A stretch of 64,000 bases of DNA from NCBI GenBank assembly GCA_015493635.1, contig WGCU01000053.1, positions 813 through 64,812 of the forward strand, written 5' to 3'. The notes below the pieces were generated by a model, which made no database searches, was not told the DNA's origin, and saw only the letters and a program-made list of their open reading frames with translations. The stretch comes from Spirochaetaceae bacterium (GTDB lineage: Bacteria; Spirochaetota; Spirochaetia; B11-G9). Positions 8,191 through 18,419 of this stretch are shown in pieces (positions within the stretch are counted from its first letter, which is position 1; each line of letters starts with the position of its first letter). The position numbers were made by a program, and so were the translations under genes.

Positions 8191-9124
8191 TAGAGTATTC
8201 CTTCATATCAAAATCATTAAGGTACGCTTGTACGGTAAAAGACCGCCATACATTTTTCCAGAATAGCGGTACTTTTGATTTTAAAGTTTTAAATTCCGGT
8301 AGATCTGAACTAAACGGAGTATGATGCAGCGATTGTTGAATTTGATCAAGTGCGGGAAGAACAAATTCTCTTGCTTTATGGAGGTAGATAAGGTGCTGTT
8401 TCCTCCCTTCAGGGCTTAGATCAATAAGGGTATTGCACAGTGTTCTGTACTTACAGGTAAAGGGATAGTAGGGGTAGAGGGTTTTTCCCTCCGGAATAAA
8501 AAGCTTGGAAAGAAATTTTGTAAGTTCGGAATCTATCCATATCCCTTCTATGTAATAACCTCTCCCTGTTTCACCAATCCATGTCTGCGATATATTCTGT
8601 TCGATAATAAATTTTTTAACCTTTCCTTTTTCTGTTACAACATCCTTCAAGGGCATGAGGTCAGATTCGAGGAAGATATTTCGTGTTTTAAAACGATTTG
8701 TAGTATCATTTGTACCCCGTATCAGTATTTTCCCATCATTTGGTCTGAAACTTAAATCGAGCCTTAGAAGATACAAATACATCTGCTCTTTTATCTTGAG
8801 TATCTGGTAAAAAGAGGGATGAAATATTTCAGCAGGATCAAAAAAATAGGTAACTCTGCTGAAAACTGACGGAAGTACCGGCAGGAGCTGCAGAAGCAGG
8901 TCTTTAAGGGCGGAAATGTAGGTTTTGCCGGGGACCGGAATGGTTACATCGTGATGAATAGGAAAGGAATAGATGGTAAAAGGCGCCGGCAGCTTGAGGA
9001 AAAACTCTTCATTTTGGTTAAAATGAGTTGTATGGACTTTTTTCATTTTATAATTGTTTTTTAAAACATCATTTATTTCTTTGCTGGCAGAATGCACAGT
9101 AATTTCATTGTGTATCTTCCTCAT
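8180..9124 (-). CDS. Hypothetical cytoplasmic protein, translationally linked to murD
   Basis: 314-aa ORF overlapping the murD start; no family recognised. Confidence 0.75.
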   Translation of the reverse strand: MRKIHNEITVHSASKEINDVLKNNYKMKKVHTTHFNQNEEFFLKLPAPFTIYSFPIHHDVTIPVPGKTYISALKDLLLQLLPVLPSVFSRVTYFFDPAEIFHPSFYQILKIKEQMYLYLLRLDLSFRPNDGKILIRGTNDTTNRFKTRNIFLESDLMPLKDVVTEKGKVKKFIIEQNISQTWIGETGRGYYIEGIWIDSELTKFLSKLFIPEGKTLYPYYPFTCKYRTLCNTLIDLSPEGRKQHLIYLHKAREFVLPALDQIQQSLHHTPFSSDLPEFKTLKSKVPLFWKNVWRSFTVQAYLNDFDMKEYSIEF

Positions 9125-9160
9125 TACAAGTACTATACCCCCTCAGTACCAATATTGCAA
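9125..9160 (-). promoter_or_regulatory. sigma70 promoter, probably producing a leaderless transcript of the hypothetical-murD operon
   Basis: TTGCAA (9160-9155), 17 bp, TATAGT (9137-9132), 7 nt, then ATG at 9124; no Shine-Dalgarno. Confidence 0.55.
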
Positions 9161-9194
9161 CATGGAAATAATCAATGAAAGGGGCGTAAACCCC

Positions 9195-9223
9195 TTGACT
9201 ACCTGGCCTTCTATTTGCATAAT
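9195..9223 (+). promoter_or_regulatory. sigma70 promoter of the bS22 gene
   Basis: TTGACT (9195-9200), 17 bp, CATAAT (9218-9223). Confidence 0.6.
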
Positions 9224-9263
9224 CCTATGAAGATATTGATATTCAGCTAAGGAGCGGACTGTA

Positions 9264-9353
9264 GTGCCTTGTGGAAGAAAACGAAAACGGCATAAAATTG
9301 CTACTCATAAGAGAAAAAAGAAACTGAGAAAGAACAGACATAAGAATAAATAG
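9264..9353 (+). CDS. Small basic ribosomal protein, bS22/mS38 (AURKAIP1/COX24-domain) type, 29 aa
   Basis: GTG start with AAGGAG RBS; translation MPCGRKRKRHKIATHKRKKKLRKNRHKNK; stop TAG 9351-9353. Below the ORF-track length cut-off. Confidence 0.85.
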   Translation: MPCGRKRKRHKIATHKRKKKLRKNRHKNK

Positions 9354-9373
9354 TTTTTATGTTCAGACAAAAA

Positions 9374-9423
9374 GGATTTCATTGGAATCTCGTAAGCGGT
9401 TCTTATGGAATCCTGATTTTTTT
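9374..9423 (+). terminator. Probable terminator after the small ribosomal protein gene
   Basis: GGATTTCAT...ATGGAATCC imperfect stem followed by a T-run. Confidence 0.45.
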
Positions 9424-9458
9424 CACTATCTCTTATCCTGTGAGTTGGTTCAAATGAA

Positions 9459-11366
9459 ATGGAATCAGAAACAATTCTTTCCCGTATAAAATCACCAAAA
9501 GATGTTAAAGCTCTTCTCCCTTCAGAGCTCCCCTTTCTTGCACAGGAGATCCGTGATCGGATTATCGATGTTGTTCATAAAAACGGCGGTCATCTTGCTT
9601 CTAATCTTGGTGTTGTTGAGCTAACCATTGCGATGCACCGTGTGTTTGATTCCCCGCAGGATCAGTTTGTCTGGGATGTCGGCCATCAGTGCTATACTCA
9701 TAAAATCATAACGGGAAGAAATGACAGCTTTGACACTATTCGCCTTAAAAATGGTTTAAGCGGCTTCCCCAAGCGTAATGAGAGTATACATGACCCTGTT
9801 GAAACAGGGCATGCCTCAACTGCAATCTCAGCGGCTTTGGGAATATTACGGGGGAAGAGACTCCAAAAAGATTCAGGAAAAGTTATTGCGGTAATCGGAG
9901 ACGGGGCAATAACCGGCGGTATCGCTTTCGAGGCACTGAATCATGCCGGGCAGCTTAAGGATGATTTAATTGTTATCTATAATGATAACAATATGTCCAT
10001 AAACAAAAATGTCGGAGGTTTCTCCTCCCGTTCCACTATTTCAAGAAGTGCTTCCTATATCAGCCGTGTTACCGCTACAAGAAATTATCAGCGTATACGG
10101 GACATGATAGACAAAGGGCTGCTTAAAACACCTTTTTTCGGCTACAGAATTTTTCAGGCTGTCATGCGTTTGAAAAAGAGCGTGAAAGCTGTGTTCCTCC
10201 ACGAAACATTTTTTTCTGAACTCGGTTTTGAGTATGTCGGGCCTTTAGACGGGCATTCGTTTTCAATGCTTATACGGGTACTCAAGCGGGTGAAAAAACT
10301 CCATAAACCGGTTGTTGTTCATGTTGTGACCCAAAAAGGGAAAGGGTTTAAACTGGCTGAAGATAATCCTGTACGGTATCACGGTATAGGGCCAATGACT
10401 TCTGTTGATGGTAAAATTGAACCGCAACTGGGGGTAACCTTTACAGAGGCCTTTGCTGAGGCCCTTGTAAAGCTTGCAGACAAGGATGAACGGATTACCG
10501 CTGTGTCAGCGGCAATGGTAAAGGGTACCGGTCTGACCCGTTTTCAGGAAAAATATCCTGAAAGGCTTTTTGATGTCGGAATTGCCGAACAGCATGGAAT
10601 TACCTTCTCCGCGGGGCTGGCAGTATCGGGTATGAAACCGGTAGCAGCTGTCTATTCAACTTTTATGCAGAGGGCTGTGGACCAGGTTATTCATGATGTT
10701 GCTCTTCCCGGGTTACCGGTAGTTATTGCCATGGACCGTGCGGGCCTTGTTCCGGGAGACGGTGAAACCCATCAGGGAGTTTTTGATATTTCGATATTCC
10801 GGGCTGTTCCGGGAATAGAGTTCCTGGCTCCCGCTTCTCAAGATGAAATGGAGAGTATGCTTGCGTATGGTATTGATGCTTCCGTGCCGGTTTTGATCCG
10901 ATACCCAAAAGCTGTTTGTCCTCCTGAATTTTCAGGGACAGATAAACCTCTCGAACGGGGAAGGGGCGTTTTTATTAAAAAAGATACTTCCAGTATCCTT
11001 CTTGCTGCTACCGGCGGTCTTGTTGGAGAGGTGCTGAGTGCTTCTGAAGGCCTTGCGGCAAGGGGTGTCAAAACTGATATTTATAATCTGCGGTTTATCA
11101 AACCAATTGATGAAAAATATCTGGAAAGTATTCTTTCTCAGTATGAAAAAGTTTTTTTTATTGAAGAAAATTCCGGTAAAGGCGGTGTTGGAGAATATAT
11201 TGCTTCCCTCATTCAAAAGCATAATCGGGATATTGATTTCCGTTATCTCTCTGTTCCCGATCTCTTTATTCCCCAGGGGACCCGGGCTGAACTTCTTGCA
11301 TTCTGCGGTATAGATTCGAAAAGTATCATGAATTCAGTTTTATCAGCAGTGAAAGTAAAGGTTTAA
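9459..11366 (+). CDS. dxs: 1-deoxy-D-xylulose-5-phosphate synthase
   Basis: [22 protein letters not shown] motif, [24 protein letters not shown]. Confidence 0.97.
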   Translation: MESETILSRIKSPKDVKALLPSELPFLAQEIRDRIIDVVHKNGGHLASNLGVVELTIAMHRVFDSPQDQFVWDVGHQCYTHKIITGRNDSFDTIRLKNGLSGFPKRNESIHDPVETGHASTAISAALGILRGKRLQKDSGKVIAVIGDGAITGGIAFEALNHAGQLKDDLIVIYNDNNMSINKNVGGFSSRSTISRSASYISRVTATRNYQRIRDMIDKGLLKTPFFGYRIFQAVMRLKKSVKAVFLHETFFSELGFEYVGPLDGHSFSMLIRVLKRVKKLHKPVVVHVVTQKGKGFKLAEDNPVRYHGIGPMTSVDGKIEPQLGVTFTEAFAEALVKLADKDERITAVSAAMVKGTGLTRFQEKYPERLFDVGIAEQHGITFSAGLAVSGMKPVAAVYSTFMQRAVDQVIHDVALPGLPVVIAMDRAGLVPGDGETHQGVFDISIFRAVPGIEFLAPASQDEMESMLAYGIDASVPVLIRYPKAVCPPEFSGTDKPLERGRGVFIKKDTSSILLAATGGLVGEVLSASEGLAARGVKTDIYNLRFIKPIDEKYLESILSQYEKVFFIEENSGKGGVGEYIASLIQKHNRDIDFRYLSVPDLFIPQGTRAELLAFCGIDSKSIMNSVLSAVKVKV

Positions 11367-11749
11367 TACTTCTTATAGATATCTTCCGGATTAAAAACTT
11401 TTTTCCCGCTTATTCTCAGTTCTCCATTTTTTTCAATAACTTTGTGAAAACAGCTGTAGTATCCGGTATGACAGGCCCCGACCCTTTGATGCACTTTATA
11501 GAGGAGACTGTCGTTGTCACAGTCCAGACGCACCTCTGCAACTTCCTGAATATGCCCTGATGAAGCTCCCTTTTCCCATATTTTTTTTCTGCTCCTGCTG
11601 TAGTAGTGTGCTCTGCCTGTTTGCAGCGTTAATTTTACCGCTTCTTTATTTGCAAAAGCGAGCATGAGAATTTCTCCGGTATCCGAGTCCTGGGCAATGA
11701 CCGGGACAAGACCTCCCATTTTGTTAAAATCAATATCAGGCAATTTCAT
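11363..11749 (-). CDS. hisI: Phosphoribosyl-AMP cyclohydrolase
   Basis: [25 protein letters not shown] motifs. Confidence 0.95.
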   Translation of the reverse strand: MKLPDIDFNKMGGLVPVIAQDSDTGEILMLAFANKEAVKLTLQTGRAHYYSRSRKKIWEKGASSGHIQEVAEVRLDCDNDSLLYKVHQRVGACHTGYYSCFHKVIEKNGELRISGKKVFNPEDIYKKY

Positions 11750-13602
11750 GTTGAATCTCCTTTCCGGGAACGCTCTGCGAGCAAAATTATATTTTTCAGG
11801 TCCTTTTCGTGAAGGGCTTTCATCCAGTGGTTTTTAAAAAAGGAACTCTGGACAATCTGGGCAATTGCCATGAGTGCCTGGAGATGGAAGTTCCGTTCTT
11901 TCCTGCTTCCAGCCAGAGCAAATATGGTATGTACCGGCGGCATTTCCTTTGTAAAAACAATACCCTTTTTTGAACGGACAACGATGATTTCGAATTGATC
12001 CTTCTCTCCTATAATGATATGGGGAATGGCAAGTCCCGGATGAATAACTGTTGTCGATTCTGTTTCCCGTTTTTCAAGAAGATGCAGTATTTTTTCAGCA
12101 GGTTCAGTAAAGTAGACTGAAATTTCCTGAGCAAGAAGCTTGAAAAGATCCGCTCTGCTATAAAGGCCGTTAAGATCAAAAATCCTGGCTTCAGAAATAA
12201 TTTTGTCAAAACGGTCTTCGATAATGTTATCCCGTTCCATAAGGATGGTTTTTAACTCATCTGACAGTGTGTCAGTTTGAATTTCTTTTGCAGCAATTCG
12301 CTTGACAATGTGAATAAGAGCTGAATCTTTTTTATTCTTAATACCGGAATAGAAAAGAAACCAGAGAGCAGAAAGGATAATGAATATTCCTGTAAGTATT
12401 AAAACGTAGGATCCCATCTGAGTAAGAACAAGAATGTAGAATACAATTCCCGTTATCTGCATCCATGGATAGAATGGAGATTTGTATGCCGGATGATATG
12501 AGGCAATTCTGCTTTCCCTCATAAGGATGAGTGACACGTTTTCAAGCATGAAAAGCAGCAGCATCATGGCTGATGCAACCTTTACCAGGTGTTCAAGATC
12601 AAGAAAAACAATGAATAAAATCATTACAATCACTGTTGAAATAATTGATACTAAAGGAGTTTTTGTACGCTTGTTTACCAGAGAAAAAAAATGAGGGAAA
12701 AGGCCGTCCCGTGCCATGGCCATCGGACTCCGTGAAGCTGACAGGATCCCTCCGTTTCCGGTAGTGAGAAATGCCATAAGGGCTGCCAGCTCCAGAAGTA
12801 TGAATCCTGGTTTTCCAAACAGAACCTCAGCACCGGTAGAAATAGGTGTAAGTGTAGTCAAAAATTTATCCGGCTTTAAAATTCCAACAGTAACAAAAAC
12901 GATAAGGACATACAGGAGTGTCACAACAAAAAAGGCTGAAAACATTCCCCGGGGAATGGTTTTCCCCGGATTTTTTACTTCCTCGGCAACAGATGCAATG
13001 GATGTAAGGCCTCCGAAAGATATAAATATGATGCCTGAAACGGAAATGATGCTCATTTTCCCCTGTGGAATAAAGGGAACGAAGTTGTGAACATTTATTT
13101 TTCCCATTCCAAAGAAAATGTAGATACCAAGCATGAAAATCATTACAAAAACAAGTATAATTTGAAGGTTGCTTGTGTGTTTGACACTGACAGTATTTAT
13201 GATTCCGAAAAAAACGGCAAAAAAAACAGCAACAGTTTTCAGCGTAACATAAGGAAGTGATACATAAGAACCAAGAAAGATACCAATACCAATAAGTGCG
13301 AAAGAGGCCTTCAAAATTAAAGAAATCCAGCTTGTAAACCCCGCGATGGTACCGAAAAGAGGACCAAGACTTTTATCTACAAAAAAGTAGGTTCCTCCAG
13401 CCTTCGGCATTGCTGTTGCAAGTTCTGCTTTGGATACAAGGGACGGTATAATGATAAATGCAGCGATTATGTACGAGAGAATAATTGCAGGTCCTGCCTT
13501 GGAGTAAACAATTGCGGGTAGAATGAACAATCCGGAACTTATCATGGCTCCGCTGGCTAATGAAAAAACATCAATCGTTCCCAGGGCTTTTTTTAATGCC
13601 AT
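11746..13602 (-). CDS. APC-family amino acid permease fused to a C-terminal PTS EIIA (Ntr/fructose-type) domain
   Basis: [23 protein letters not shown]...AEEVKNP; C-terminal RE...ST...GLAIPH EIIA motif. Confidence 0.88.
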   Translation of the reverse strand: MALKKALGTIDVFSLASGAMISSGLFILPAIVYSKAGPAIILSYIIAAFIIIPSLVSKAELATAMPKAGGTYFFVDKSLGPLFGTIAGFTSWISLILKASFALIGIGIFLGSYVSLPYVTLKTVAVFFAVFFGIINTVSVKHTSNLQIILVFVMIFMLGIYIFFGMGKINVHNFVPFIPQGKMSIISVSGIIFISFGGLTSIASVAEEVKNPGKTIPRGMFSAFFVVTLLYVLIVFVTVGILKPDKFLTTLTPISTGAEVLFGKPGFILLELAALMAFLTTGNGGILSASRSPMAMARDGLFPHFFSLVNKRTKTPLVSIISTVIVMILFIVFLDLEHLVKVASAMMLLLFMLENVSLILMRESRIASYHPAYKSPFYPWMQITGIVFYILVLTQMGSYVLILTGIFIILSALWFLFYSGIKNKKDSALIHIVKRIAAKEIQTDTLSDELKTILMERDNIIEDRFDKIISEARIFDLNGLYSRADLFKLLAQEISVYFTEPAEKILHLLEKRETESTTVIHPGLAIPHIIIGEKDQFEIIVVRSKKGIVFTKEMPPVHTIFALAGSRKERNFHLQALMAIAQIVQSSFFKNHWMKALHEKDLKNIILLAERSRKGDST

Positions 13603-13644
13603 TGTGCCTCCCGGTAAAAAGGTTACTGTATTTGACAGGAGTAA

Positions 13645-15150
13645 TCAAGTATATTCCCGTATAAGCTGTTCTACCGGTTTAGGAACCCAGAAGCCGCTTT
13701 CCTTTGAGAAACCGTAATCAAGTTCAAGCACGGAGGTTAATCCTCTGTTAAGATTTTCTGCAGTCATTTTTAATGCTGAGGCTTGTAACGCTTCAGATTT
13801 TATTCCACTGGTCAGAAGGCCTTCCATAAGTATTTTTGCTGCAAGGAACCGTCTGTATTTATCCACTGCAAATACAATAAAATCATCCAGGATCCCCATA
13901 ACTTCCCATGTTACCTGTTCCGCCTGGGAATACTGTCCCGCATCCTTATCCTGGTTGCTGAACCGCACAGGGAGCTGATCTATAATCATATCAATATGCT
14001 CTACAAGATATTCAAGGTTGAATAATCCGGTAGCACAGTTAAAAAGTACCGCCTTTCCCGAGTTTTCGTTTTGCTGTACCTTTTCCGGAGATATTGCCGG
14101 ACCAATATCGACACAGTTTAATTTCCCTGATTTTTCCCGGATAAGGATACCGCCCTTCACATCTACCGGGGTTTTATATGAAAAATCAAAGGCGGCCTGC
14201 CTGCCTGTCATTGCCAGAATGGCAAGGGATACCGGATCAACCGTACTTCCGAGGTTGTCAATATTTCCGAGATAGGCAAACCTTTTTCCGCTGGAAAACA
14301 GTTCTTTATAAATATCCTTAAGGACCGAAAAGTTCTGTCCATGCCCGCCGGGGAGGGGAAGAAGTGTATTCTCTTTACCCCATGCCGTTGTAAATATTTC
14401 CAGTGGTTTATTATCTTCAAGAGGTTTGAAAGCTGCTATGAGAGGCTGTACCCCTGTTTTTGCTCTTGTGATATCAATCCCGGTTTCTTTTATAAGGTCA
14501 TTCAATAGAGGGCTTTCTTTGTATTTTACCAGTTCCCTCTGAATCTGGTTGTTGTTGTAGGTACTTGTCATCTGAAAAAAGGGAAAGAGCGCTTTGTCTT
14601 TTTTACCAGTTAGTATCTGGTACCGGAGTGCCTGTATTAAAAGGGCCCGCAGCTTTAATTCCATGAACGAAGGACCGGGTTCTCCGTTAAACTGAACAAA
14701 TGCGGGAGTAATCCCCTTTGCTTTACCCTGCGAAAGACCGGATAGTTTGTTAAAAAGTGCTTCATTCTCTGCAAAAAGCTCAGGATTAAACGATTTGTTT
14801 TTTTTCCGGTCGATATAACTTGTTGCTGAACCTCCATTGAGAATACCGAAAACTGTTTGAGGGTACAGGAGAACCCCTATGGTTTCCAGTTCTTTTTTTG
14901 TTAAACGAAGTGAATCTCCACTATGCTTTCCAAACGCGTGAATAGAATATTCCGGAAGCAGGAGCTCGAAATTACGAGTAAATGTCTCCTTATGGAAAGA
15001 AAAGGTCTCCATTACTCTACGATCGATGATTGTACTGTTATCTATCTCAGGTATTTCAATGTCAGTATCCTGATGCACTGCCTTCAAGATACCTGAATTA
15101 TATTTTTCAAGTATGGTGAAAGTCAGTGTTTTATCTATTTGCTTCATCAT
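13645..15150 (-). CDS. UTP--glucose-1-phosphate uridylyltransferase, eukaryote-like UDPGP family (divergent)
   Basis: LNGG, PGGHG, GNIDNLG, DVKGG, FNCATG motifs typical of the UDPGP/UAP superfamily. Confidence 0.8.
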   Translation of the reverse strand: MMKQIDKTLTFTILEKYNSGILKAVHQDTDIEIPEIDNSTIIDRRVMETFSFHKETFTRNFELLLPEYSIHAFGKHSGDSLRLTKKELETIGVLLYPQTVFGILNGGSATSYIDRKKNKSFNPELFAENEALFNKLSGLSQGKAKGITPAFVQFNGEPGPSFMELKLRALLIQALRYQILTGKKDKALFPFFQMTSTYNNNQIQRELVKYKESPLLNDLIKETGIDITRAKTGVQPLIAAFKPLEDNKPLEIFTTAWGKENTLLPLPGGHGQNFSVLKDIYKELFSSGKRFAYLGNIDNLGSTVDPVSLAILAMTGRQAAFDFSYKTPVDVKGGILIREKSGKLNCVDIGPAISPEKVQQNENSGKAVLFNCATGLFNLEYLVEHIDMIIDQLPVRFSNQDKDAGQYSQAEQVTWEVMGILDDFIVFAVDKYRRFLAAKILMEGLLTSGIKSEALQASALKMTAENLNRGLTSVLELDYGFSKESGFWVPKPVEQLIREYT

Positions 15151-15598
15151 TGTCTTCTGTGTCTGTCATGAGGAATGTCATTTCTTCCTGGCTTATCTGA
15201 TCGGCATTTTCTTCTGAATCACTATCAGTATTTAAAAGATTTTTGATTTCGTCCATGGATTCTTTTTTAACTGCAATACTTTCCTTAAGGCGGGGAACAA
15301 GACCGGAAAAATTGATGGAACGGCCGGTTTCACTGTTAACGATCTGTTCTCCGATGGAAGTGAACAGTTCCATTGTTTTAAAAAGTAATCTAAAATACTG
15401 GTCTTTATCCAGCTGAAGCGTACTCTCTTTAAGGGCAAGGAAAAGCCTCTGGAGTCCTGTTTCAGCAAAAAGAAGGTCTGAAACTATTTTCTCTCCAAAG
15501 TAATCTTCATCTATGTCAAGTTTTAAGCCTCGTTCAATATGTTTCAGGAGATCAAGAACCATAAAAATATTATCTTCGTAATGAATACATTGTGTCAT
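15131..15598 (-). CDS. Hypothetical acidic helical protein
   Basis: 155-aa ORF overlapping the uridylyltransferase start; no family recognised. Confidence 0.7.
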   Translation of the reverse strand: MTQCIHYEDNIFMVLDLLKHIERGLKLDIDEDYFGEKIVSDLLFAETGLQRLFLALKESTLQLDKDQYFRLLFKTMELFTSIGEQIVNSETGRSINFSGLVPRLKESIAVKKESMDEIKNLLNTDSDSEENADQISQEEMTFLMTDTEDNDEANR

Positions 15599-15629
15599 AC
15601 TGTACTAATCGGTACGATATGCTTCTTAC

Positions 15630-15713
15630 TTGACAATGATTCTATGCTGTGGTAGCGTGCGTTGACCTCTTTATCCGTGTTACTACGGATCAAAAAGACC
15701 ATAAGGAGGGTTT
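15630..15713 (+). promoter_or_regulatory. rpsF operon promoter and leader with candidate S6:S18 autoregulatory element
   Basis: TTGACA (15630-15635), 17 bp, TAGCGT with TG extension; leader hairpin ATCCGT-gttact-ACGGAT followed by ACCA and AAGGAGG. Confidence 0.55.
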
Positions 15714-15995
15714 ATGAGAACCTACGAATTAACGTGCATCTTTCGCATAGATGAAGATGCATATAACAAGGGAAAAGAACTTGTTAAAACCTTAAGTGAG
15801 AAACTTTCATCCAAAATTATCAAAGATGAGGATATGGGAGTAAAAGATCTTGCTTATGAAATTAAAAAAGAAGCTAAAGGTCATTACAACTATTTCGAAA
15901 TTGAAGCTGATCCGGAAAGTGTTGCTTCCATGGAGAAGGAATTCCGCCTTTCGGCACCTTTTTTGAAATATCTTTTCGTTAAAAAAGAAAAATAA
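15714..15995 (+). CDS. rpsF: 30S ribosomal protein S6
   Basis: MRTYEL, G.KDLAYEIKK..KGHY; first gene of rpsF-ssb-rpsR. Confidence 0.97.
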   Translation: MRTYELTCIFRIDEDAYNKGKELVKTLSEKLSSKIIKDEDMGVKDLAYEIKKEAKGHYNYFEIEADPESVASMEKEFRLSAPFLKYLFVKKEK

Positions 15996-16016
15996 AAACA
16001 GGGGGTCTTTAAGTCT

Positions 16017-16457
16017 ATGGCTAATGATATCAATGTGGTCATGCTGGTGGGAAGACTTACGAGAGATGCGGAACTGAAATATACCAATACCGGAACTGCT
16101 GTATGTAATTTCAGTCTTGCTGTGAACCGAAAAAAGAGGTCGGGGGATCAGTGGACGGATGAAGTGAATTATTTCGATATAGTACTCTGGGGAAAACAAG
16201 GGGAAGCTATCCATCAGTATCTTGGCAAGGGAAAGCAAGTCGCTGTCAGCGGTGAGCTGCGGCAGGATCGATGGGAGCAGGACGGACAGAACAGGAGTAA
16301 GGTTAAAATAACTGCTTCAAATGTTCAGCTTCTTGGAGGAAGCACCAGTGCTTCTTCAGGTGGAAGAAAAGATCAGAATTCAGCACCTTTTGAGAACTTC
16401 AGTCAGCAGGCCCCGTCAAGCAGCCCAAAGGATTTTGAAGATGATATCCCATTTTAA
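16017..16457 (+). CDS. ssb: Single-stranded DNA-binding protein
   Basis: [14 protein letters not shown]-terminal DDIPF. Confidence 0.98.
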   Translation: MANDINVVMLVGRLTRDAELKYTNTGTAVCNFSLAVNRKKRSGDQWTDEVNYFDIVLWGKQGEAIHQYLGKGKQVAVSGELRQDRWEQDGQNRSKVKITASNVQLLGGSTSASSGGRKDQNSAPFENFSQQAPSSSPKDFEDDIPF

Positions 16458-16471
16458 GCAAGGAGAACAGT

Positions 16472-16837
16472 ATGTCTGATGAAGATAAAAAAGAAATAAA
16501 TGAAGCAAGTGCACCGCAGAGGTCTGCGGATGCTGCGCCTGCGGCACCTGAAAGTCCTCGGCCTGCCCCAAATAGACGCCCTTCCGGCGGAAACAGAGGT
16601 GGATATAACAGGAATTCAGGTGGAAATAAATTTTTCAGGAAAAAGGTCTGCCGGTTCTGTACCCAGAAAATTGTTGCAGACTACAAGGATCCTGATACTT
16701 TACGCCGTTTTACAACGGAACGTGGTAAAATACTCCCCCGGAGAATAACAGGTACCTGTGCGAAGCATCAGAGAGTGCTTGCAAGAGAAATTAAACGGGC
16801 CAGAGTTCTTGCGTATCTTCCCTTTGTAAAACAGTAG
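16472..16837 (+). CDS. rpsR: 30S ribosomal protein S18 (zinc-type, N-terminal low-complexity extension)
   Basis: [31 protein letters not shown]. Confidence 0.97.
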   Translation: MSDEDKKEINEASAPQRSADAAPAAPESPRPAPNRRPSGGNRGGYNRNSGGNKFFRKKVCRFCTQKIVADYKDPDTLRRFTTERGKILPRRITGTCAKHQRVLAREIKRARVLAYLPFVKQ

Positions 16838-16844
16838 GGGAACC

Positions 16845-17804
16845 ATGGAGGATCTACTCAGAAAGGACAGAATAGTTGAACTCATCATTGTAACTGGTGT
16901 TTCCTTTCTGCTCTTTCAACTGAGTTTTGTTTTTTTCCTTTTTGTCGTGCCTGTGTTTTACATAGGCCGTAAGAGAGGTTGGCATGCGGCAGTTATTGCG
17001 GCTCTCGTTCTGCTCATTGCCATAGCAGTTCAGCTTACTTTAAGAATCAGGACTGTGGAAAGTACAACACTCAGACGGTTTGTAACTATCTACGGATTGT
17101 CATATCCGGTAATGCTTCTGGCAGGAGCACTGATCGTTGCAATGTTTTCAGGTAGATCCCTGACGAAGATCCTTGCAGCAACCGCTCTTTTTGCGGTTGT
17201 CAGTATACCTGTTGTTCTTATATATTCGGGGAATAACGAAGTTGTTTCATTCCTGAGAGAACAGATCTCCTATGTAGCCGGGATGTTTACAAAAGGGCTT
17301 TCGAAATCATCATCAGGAGATGCATCGGTTCTTCTTGATGCGCTTCAGCCTGCAAAGTTAATGGAGATGATTAAAGTTATATTTTTCAGGGATTTTATAG
17401 CAGCTTATTTTTTGCTGCTTGCTGGAACATGGTATATTGCAGATTTGTTTTCAAGTCGCAGAAATAAATCAGAACGGTTTTCTATTGCATATTTTACTGT
17501 CCCGGAACAGTTTATATGGGCGCTTATTGTTTCCCTTTCCGGTGTTCTTGCTGATCATTTGTTCACGTTGGGAATGTGGGGATACTTATTCTGGAACAGT
17601 TCACTGATTTTGCTGTTTATATACGGTATAAATGGACTGGGACTGATAAAGCATTTGTTTAAAAAATATAAGATTACACAGCAAAAACAAAGATCTTTGT
17701 ATATGCTGATTTTTATTCTGTTGATTATTCCGGGTTTGAACCTCATTGTTCTGCTTGGAATTCCAGGTTTGGGTATTTCCGAGCTCTGGGTACGATATCG
17801 ATAA
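16845..17804 (+). CDS. YybS/DUF2232-like membrane protein
   Basis: Multi-TM protein between rpsR and rplI, the usual position of this family; ends G...LW..YR. Confidence 0.75.
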   Translation: MEDLLRKDRIVELIIVTGVSFLLFQLSFVFFLFVVPVFYIGRKRGWHAAVIAALVLLIAIAVQLTLRIRTVESTTLRRFVTIYGLSYPVMLLAGALIVAMFSGRSLTKILAATALFAVVSIPVVLIYSGNNEVVSFLREQISYVAGMFTKGLSKSSSGDASVLLDALQPAKLMEMIKVIFFRDFIAAYFLLLAGTWYIADLFSSRRNKSERFSIAYFTVPEQFIWALIVSLSGVLADHLFTLGMWGYLFWNSSLILLFIYGINGLGLIKHLFKKYKITQQKQRSLYMLIFILLIIPGLNLIVLLGIPGLGISELWVRYR

Positions 17805-17824
17805 TTCGAGAAGGAGATAATGAT

Positions 17825-18406
17825 ATGAAAGTCATTCTTAATCAGGATGTCTATAACCTCGGTGAAGAGGGTGATGTATGTGAAGTTACGAGCGGGTATG
17901 CCAGAAACTATCTTATACCTCAGGGATTGGCTGCTTTACACAATAAGCAGAATGTTGCGATATTTCAAAGTAGAAAAGCTGCTATTGAAAAGAGAAAAGA
18001 AGAAAAACGGAAAGCTTCTCTCTCCCTTAAGGAACAAATTGAAAATACTGAAGTTATCCTAAAAGTTCCCAGTGGTAATAATGGTAAGCTTTTTGGCTCT
18101 GTCACCAATGCTCACGTTGCGGAAGAATTGAAAGTTCTGGGAATTACCCTGGAAAGAAAAAAAATAGAATTACCTGAACATTCTTTAAAAATGCTCGGCA
18201 CCTATACAGCCAAGATTAAACTTTATGGAAATGAAACTGCCGATTTAAAAGTTACGGTAAAAAGTGACAAAGAGGAAACGGTTACCTCTGCAGAAAAGAA
18301 ACCGGTAAAAAAAGTTGAAGAAGTTGAAGAAGTTAAAGAAGCAGAAAAAGAAGAACAACCGGTAGAAACAGAAGTACCGTCAGAACCGGCAGAAGAGCAG
18401 GAATAG
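17825..18406 (+). CDS. rplI: 50S ribosomal protein L9 with acidic C-terminal tail
   Basis: MKVIL.QDV.NLG..G, GYARNYLIP, GKLFGSVT. Confidence 0.97.
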   Translation: MKVILNQDVYNLGEEGDVCEVTSGYARNYLIPQGLAALHNKQNVAIFQSRKAAIEKRKEEKRKASLSLKEQIENTEVILKVPSGNNGKLFGSVTNAHVAEELKVLGITLERKKIELPEHSLKMLGTYTAKIKLYGNETADLKVTVKSDKEETVTSAEKKPVKKVEEVEEVKEAEKEEQPVETEVPSEPAEEQE

Positions 18407-18419
18407 CAGACGTTGCTGT

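Noticed and set aside
16472-18406. Low-complexity extensions on bS18 and bL9 (also the S2 tail)
   Set aside because: Such extensions are common in spirochaete ribosomal proteins; no DNA-level repeat or frameshift seen.
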